A stretch of 28,672 nucleotides of DNA from a virus (taxonomy: Duplodnaviria > Caudoviricetes), in the IMG/VR virus record IMGVR_UViG_3300027813_001344, positions 1 through 28,672 of that record; one strand, 5' to 3'. The position numbers and the translations under genes are program-made. How positions within the stretch are numbered: position 1 is the first letter of the stretch; every line of letters starts with the position of its first letter. Under the pieces are notes generated by a model that saw only the letters and a program-made list of their open reading frames with translations, did not search any database and had not been told where the DNA came from. Shown here one piece after another: positions 24,779-28,672 of the stretch.

Positions 24779-25764
24779 TGATTACCTGGGGAATAGTTGG
24801 AAACAGTCATGATGCAAGTATAGCCGTATTTGAAGATAGTAAACTTCTGTGGGCAGGACTGTCTAAAGACTTTTCTCATGTAGACAATGATCCGCATTTA
24901 AATTGGGAAATTATTACTACAGCAAAAAGGATAGCAAACTGGCAAGAGCCTGATGAAGTTGTATGGTACGAAATTCCTTTTCTAAAGAGTTTTAGACAAG
25001 TCTGGGCAGGGCAAGGTTGGAGTTGTTTTGCTGAAAATAATATTTCAAAATATTTAAAACAATGGAATATTACTTGCCCTATTAAATTTGCAAAGCATCA
25101 TACTAGTCATGCCGCATACGGTTATTATACTAGTAAGTTTAAAGATGCAAATGTTTTATGTTTAGATAGTATTGGTGAGTTTGAAACTCTTACAATGTGG
25201 ACAGCTAAAAACAATAAGCTCACAAAAGTTTATTCACAATCGTATCCGCATAGTGTTGGTTTATTTTATTCTGCTATGACACAACGTTTAGGATTTACAG
25301 CAAATAAAGATGAATATAAAGTTGATGACTTAGGATCAAGTATAGCTACTCACCAAAATTTAGGATTAATAAACAACATGATAGAAACTTTTATTAAAGG
25401 TGAGTTAAATGGAGAACTACCTGGTGTTTCGTTTAATGTTAATCTTCATAAAGGATGTGATTGGTACAAACCCGAATTAACAAGTGATATGGATATGGCA
25501 AGACTTGCTAATGCAACTCAGTTTGTTTTTGAATTAATTGTTAAGTCATGTAGTGATTGGCTACGTAAAACCCAACTAAGTCGTAATCTTATTGTTGTAG
25601 GAGGGTGTGCGTTAAATAGAACGGCAATGGAAAAGATTAATACAGACTGGGACGATATTTACATACCACCAAATCCAGGCGATCCTGGATCATGTGTAGG
25701 AGCAGTTTTGGCAATGGACAAGAAACATATTGACTTTCAACGTGAAATGTGGTATAATAATTAA
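24778..25764 (+). CDS. Carbamoyltransferase (NodU/CmcH/TobZ family), N-terminal Kae1-like domain only
   Basis: HDASIA, HHTSHAA, LDSIGE, PHSVGLFYSAMT, DEYKV, GGCALN, PGDPGSCVGA, then stop. Confidence 0.85.
   Translation: MITWGIVGNSHDASIAVFEDSKLLWAGLSKDFSHVDNDPHLNWEIITTAKRIANWQEPDEVVWYEIPFLKSFRQVWAGQGWSCFAENNISKYLKQWNITCPIKFAKHHTSHAAYGYYTSKFKDANVLCLDSIGEFETLTMWTAKNNKLTKVYSQSYPHSVGLFYSAMTQRLGFTANKDEYKVDDLGSSIATHQNLGLINNMIETFIKGELNGELPGVSFNVNLHKGCDWYKPELTSDMDMARLANATQFVFELIVKSCSDWLRKTQLSRNLIVVGGCALNRTAMEKINTDWDDIYIPPNPGDPGSCVGAVLAMDKKHIDFQREMWYNN
25730..25758 (+). promoter_or_regulatory. Sigma70-type promoter TTGACT-N17-TATAAT with extended -10 (TGn), 6 nt before the helicase ATG
   Basis: -35 at 25730-25735, -10 at 25753-25758; embedded in codons IDFQREMWYNN*. 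Confidence 0.88.
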
Positions 25765-27192
25765 ATGACTAAACAAAATACAGACTACGGTTACGATATA
25801 CAAAGAACATATTTAGAAATAATGTTAAGTGACGCACAGACATTTGTACGTTGTCAAGGTATATTCGATCCAACTTTATTTGATCGTAGACTACAGACAA
25901 CTGCACAATTCTTACAAGACTTTGTTGCTGAACATAACATACTTCCAACACAAGATATTATAAACAGTTCGTGTGATATAAAATTAGAACCTTCTAAGGA
26001 TATGCACGAAGCACATTATGATTGGTTACTAAACGACTTTGAAACATTTTGTAGGCACAAGAGTTTAGAAAAAGCTATTCTCGAAAGTGCTGACCTATTA
26101 GAACAAGGCGAGTATGGTCCTGTAGAAGACTTAGTAAAACAAGCTGTACAGATTGGTTTACAAAAAGATATAGGTATTGATTACTTTGGTGATCCTAAAG
26201 GTAGATTATTATCGTTAAAAGATAATAATGGTCAAGTAAGTACTGGATGGGCATCATTGGATAAAAAGTTATTTGGTGGGTTTAATAAAGGCGAACTGAA
26301 TATATTTGCAGGTGGGTCAGGTGCAGGTAAATCTTTATTCTTAGCTAACATGGGATGTAACTGGGTGCTTCAAGGATTAAATGTAGTGTACATTACATTA
26401 GAGCTTTCAGAGCCATTAGTTGCAATGCGTATTGATAGTATGTTAACTGAAACTCCAACTAGAGAAATATTTAAAGACTTAGATGGTGTTGCAATGAAAG
26501 TTTGTATGGTTGGGAAAAAGGCTGGAGCATTTCAAATTAAGTATATGCCAAGTGGTAAGAATGCAAATGACATTAGAAGCTTCATTAAAGAATATGAAAT
26601 TAAAACAGATCGTAAAGTAGATGTATTGTTAATAGATTATTTAGATTTGTTAATGCCACTAAGTAAAAAAGTATCACCAAGTGATTTATATGTTAAAGAT
26701 AAATTTGTATCAGAAGAACTAAGAAACTTATCAATGGAACTTGGTTGTATATTTGTAACAGCATCACAGTTAAACAGAGCAAGTGTTGAAGAAATAGAAT
26801 TTGATCACTCGCACATTGCAGGCGGATTAAGTAAGATACAAACAGCAGATAATGTTATAGGTATCTTTACAAGTAGAGCTATGCGTGAGCGTGGCCGTTA
26901 TCAAATACAATTAATGAAAACTAGATCATCAAGTGGTATAGGAAGTAAAATTGATTTAGGATTTGATGTTGATAGTTTACGTGTTACAGACTTAGATGAA
27001 GAAGAAGCATATCAATCTAATGTAGCAACATCTCCAATACTACAAGGACTAAAAACATCTAGTGTAGTAACAGGTAGTGAGCAAACTAACAATGATCCAA
27101 CACAAGGTATAGCGGCTCCTAAGATACATGCTGAAACTGATTCTACAAAATTAAGACAGTTTTTAAATAATCTCGGAACTAATGAGGACTAA
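25765..27192 (+). CDS. Replicative DNA helicase (DnaB / T4 gp41-like)
   Basis: STGW..LD..GG..GELNIFAGGSGAGKS, YITLEL, LIDYLDL, TASQLNR, KTR. Confidence 0.93.
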   Translation: MTKQNTDYGYDIQRTYLEIMLSDAQTFVRCQGIFDPTLFDRRLQTTAQFLQDFVAEHNILPTQDIINSSCDIKLEPSKDMHEAHYDWLLNDFETFCRHKSLEKAILESADLLEQGEYGPVEDLVKQAVQIGLQKDIGIDYFGDPKGRLLSLKDNNGQVSTGWASLDKKLFGGFNKGELNIFAGGSGAGKSLFLANMGCNWVLQGLNVVYITLELSEPLVAMRIDSMLTETPTREIFKDLDGVAMKVCMVGKKAGAFQIKYMPSGKNANDIRSFIKEYEIKTDRKVDVLLIDYLDLLMPLSKKVSPSDLYVKDKFVSEELRNLSMELGCIFVTASQLNRASVEEIEFDHSHIAGGLSKIQTADNVIGIFTSRAMRERGRYQIQLMKTRSSSGIGSKIDLGFDVDSLRVTDLDEEEAYQSNVATSPILQGLKTSSVVTGSEQTNNDPTQGIAAPKIHAETDSTKLRQFLNNLGTNED

Positions 27193-27979
27193 TAATGTGC
27201 GTACTTTATATGCGTTCGGCGATAGCTTTACATTAAACTTTGACGAAGACTGGTCGTGGATACGTGCTCTTGGAGAAAAGTTAAATGTTAAAGCACTACA
27301 TAACAGCTCAGCAAATGGCGTATCTAATGACTGGATACTTTTACAACTCCGCAAACAATTAGATAATATTACAAAAGATGATACTGTAATCATTGTTCTT
27401 ACAGCGCCTAATAGGAGTTGGTTACTAGAAAAATATCCTGAGTATAGTAATTACTCAGTTGCTAATTTAGACGAACTAATTACAGAAGAAGAAGCGTATT
27501 CTATAAAAAACTATGTTTTAAATATCCAACGAGATGATATAGATCTATTTAGATTTGAACATCAACTAGCATGGATTAAACAAATTCAAAAAACAATAGG
27601 ATTTAATCTTTTAGTAATACCTGGGTTTCCGTTGAATATCGACTATACAGGATTAATTGAAGTAGTAGGTGATTTAAGTAGCTCAGTATCATCTGCAGAG
27701 TTTATGAATGATTGTTATTGGGATTGGTATTCTCAAGGTATTGATACTAGATACAATCATATGATGCGAGATAATCATGCGATACTAGTTGACAAGTGTG
27801 TAAAAAGTTTACTTACTAATCAACCACTAAATTTATCTGTAGGATTTAAAAGAGACGTTCTTAGAGTTACTGATCGATATACTCATAAGCAACTTGGACC
27901 AATGTTAATTATACAAGCTAAACAATTAGCTCAGAAATCCCAGAGAACTGCTGATTCTCCTAATTGGATGGATAAGTAA
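27182..27979 (+). CDS. SGNH/GDSL-like protein
   Basis: LYAFGDSFT, NSSANGVSN, VIIVLT..R, C-terminal D..NH. Confidence 0.6.
   Translation: MRTNNVRTLYAFGDSFTLNFDEDWSWIRALGEKLNVKALHNSSANGVSNDWILLQLRKQLDNITKDDTVIIVLTAPNRSWLLEKYPEYSNYSVANLDELITEEEAYSIKNYVLNIQRDDIDLFRFEHQLAWIKQIQKTIGFNLLVIPGFPLNIDYTGLIEVVGDLSSSVSSAEFMNDCYWDWYSQGIDTRYNHMMRDNHAILVDKCVKSLLTNQPLNLSVGFKRDVLRVTDRYTHKQLGPMLIIQAKQLAQKSQRTADSPNWMDK
27972..27978 (+). promoter_or_regulatory. Candidate late promoter variant ATAAGTA
   Basis: 8 nt before ATG 27987; no SD. Confidence 0.3.
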
Positions 27980-27986
27980 TTACATC

Positions 27987-28466
27987 ATGAAACTACTAGA
28001 GAATTTTCAGCAATGGATTAATCCAAAATGGATAGACCATTGTAAACAAGCTACAGGTCTAAAGCAAAATGGTCCAAAGGGTGTTGAGCATGTTGCGTTT
28101 GAAGGACTTTCGTGGGAGTTATTTGATCAGCACAATACAGACTTTCAGATAGCACCACCATTTGATTTTGGTACTCATGAGTGGGATTGGTGGATTAAAA
28201 AACTAATGCCACACGAAGGGTTTCCTGTAGTAACACTATCTGAAACAACAAGGCGTCTGTGGATGCCATTAAATAACTACGAGATGGGTCATATTTTTGT
28301 ATACGAAGAAAGCATGATTGCTCCTTTTAATGCAGGTGACTTATTTGAGTTTGAGCATAACGCTCCGTATGCCGCAATAAATTTAGGTGTTGAACCATTC
28401 TATATGATGATGTTCTCTGTTAGTAAAGACCAACAATGGGACAACGGTAGACAACCTATCCAATAA
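27987..28466 (+). CDS. Double-stranded beta-helix (2OG-Fe(II) oxygenase-like) protein lacking metal ligands
   Basis: WWIKKLMP..FP..RRLWMPL..GHIF.YE..AGDLFEF..AAINLG.EP scaffold; HxD, distal His and Arg positions not conserved. Confidence 0.6.
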   Translation: MKLLENFQQWINPKWIDHCKQATGLKQNGPKGVEHVAFEGLSWELFDQHNTDFQIAPPFDFGTHEWDWWIKKLMPHEGFPVVTLSETTRRLWMPLNNYEMGHIFVYEESMIAPFNAGDLFEFEHNAPYAAINLGVEPFYMMMFSVSKDQQWDNGRQPIQ

Positions 28467-28479
28467 CTGAAAGCTAAAA

Positions 28480-28672
28480 GTGAAAAAGTGGTTATTCATA
28501 ATAACATTATTGTTACTGCAAGGATGTGCAATTCTTCCCTGGCAAGTAGGTGTTGCACTAAATGGTGCTGATCTTATTTCCGCAACTACTACAAATAAAA
28601 CATTAAGTGAACATGCATTAAGTGCCGCTACTGATAAAGATTGTCAATGGTATAGATTATTAGACGGTGAAA
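28480..28672 (+). CDS. Lipoprotein, 5' part (runs off window end), not in ORF track
   Basis: GTG start after an in-frame stop; MKKWLFIITLLLLQG-C lipobox; then KTLSEHALSAATDKDC. Confidence 0.7.
   Translation, partial: MKKWLFIITLLLLQGCAILPWQVGVALNGADLISATTTNKTLSEHALSAATDKDCQWYRLLDGE

Noticed and set aside
819-27393. Numerous short minus-strand and alternative-frame ORFs in the track (e.g. 982..1212, 6831..7160, 12048..12497, 17744..17947, 24562..24897)
   Set aside because: They are shadows of well-supported + strand genes, with no motifs or RBS; only 19507..20001 and 20003..20374 occupy otherwise empty space
27789-27820. TTGACA inside the SGNH-like gene (another at 21183)
   Set aside because: No acceptable -10 hexamer at 16-18 nt spacing
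1-28672. Stop-codon reassignment, as seen in some large phages
   Set aside because: TAA, TAG and TGA all terminate genes at sensible positions, and coding density is near complete under code 11
1-28672. Bacterial capsule/LPS locus or prophage interpretation
   Set aside because: T4-like UvsW, gp41-like helicase and primase, tight gene overlaps, and the absence of transporters, integrase or housekeeping synteny indicate a lytic-type phage genome

Overview
A gene-dense, AT-rich (roughly one-third GC by eye), almost entirely + strand segment of a large dsDNA bacteriophage distantly related to T4-like myoviruses, probably aquatic or marine and with a proteobacterial host. It uses the standard genetic code. 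Core replication genes are a UvsW-like helicase, a gp62-like clamp-loader small subunit, a stand-alone miniature DnaE (Pol III alpha) catalytic fragment, a primase and a gp41/DnaB-like helicase. These are interleaved with a large glycan synthesis and tailoring set: a cytidylyltransferase-cupin fusion, two GT-A and three KpsS/KpsC-like GT-B glycosyltransferases, three methyltransferases, the CMP-Kdo synthetase KdsB, a cupin, an N-domain-only carbamoyltransferase, and several 2OG-Fe(II) oxygenases, two of which look catalytically dead. Host-like genes (Prx5 peroxiredoxin, NifU/NfuA domain, ClpP) are also present. The most notable signals read directly from the DNA are: (i) four near-identical TTGACTT-N16-TATAATA promoters ending 6-9 nt before the ATG of replication-module genes, implying leaderless mRNAs; (ii) a ~31-34 bp imperfect direct repeat bracketing kdsB, which has atypical codon usage, suggesting a recently captured cassette; (iii) a 186-aa DnaE that starts exactly at the MPDIDIDF motif; (iv) a probable catalytically inactive Hint-fold protein after uvsW. 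I saw no tRNA, rRNA, CRISPR array or IS element. All family assignments come from motif recognition, not database searches.
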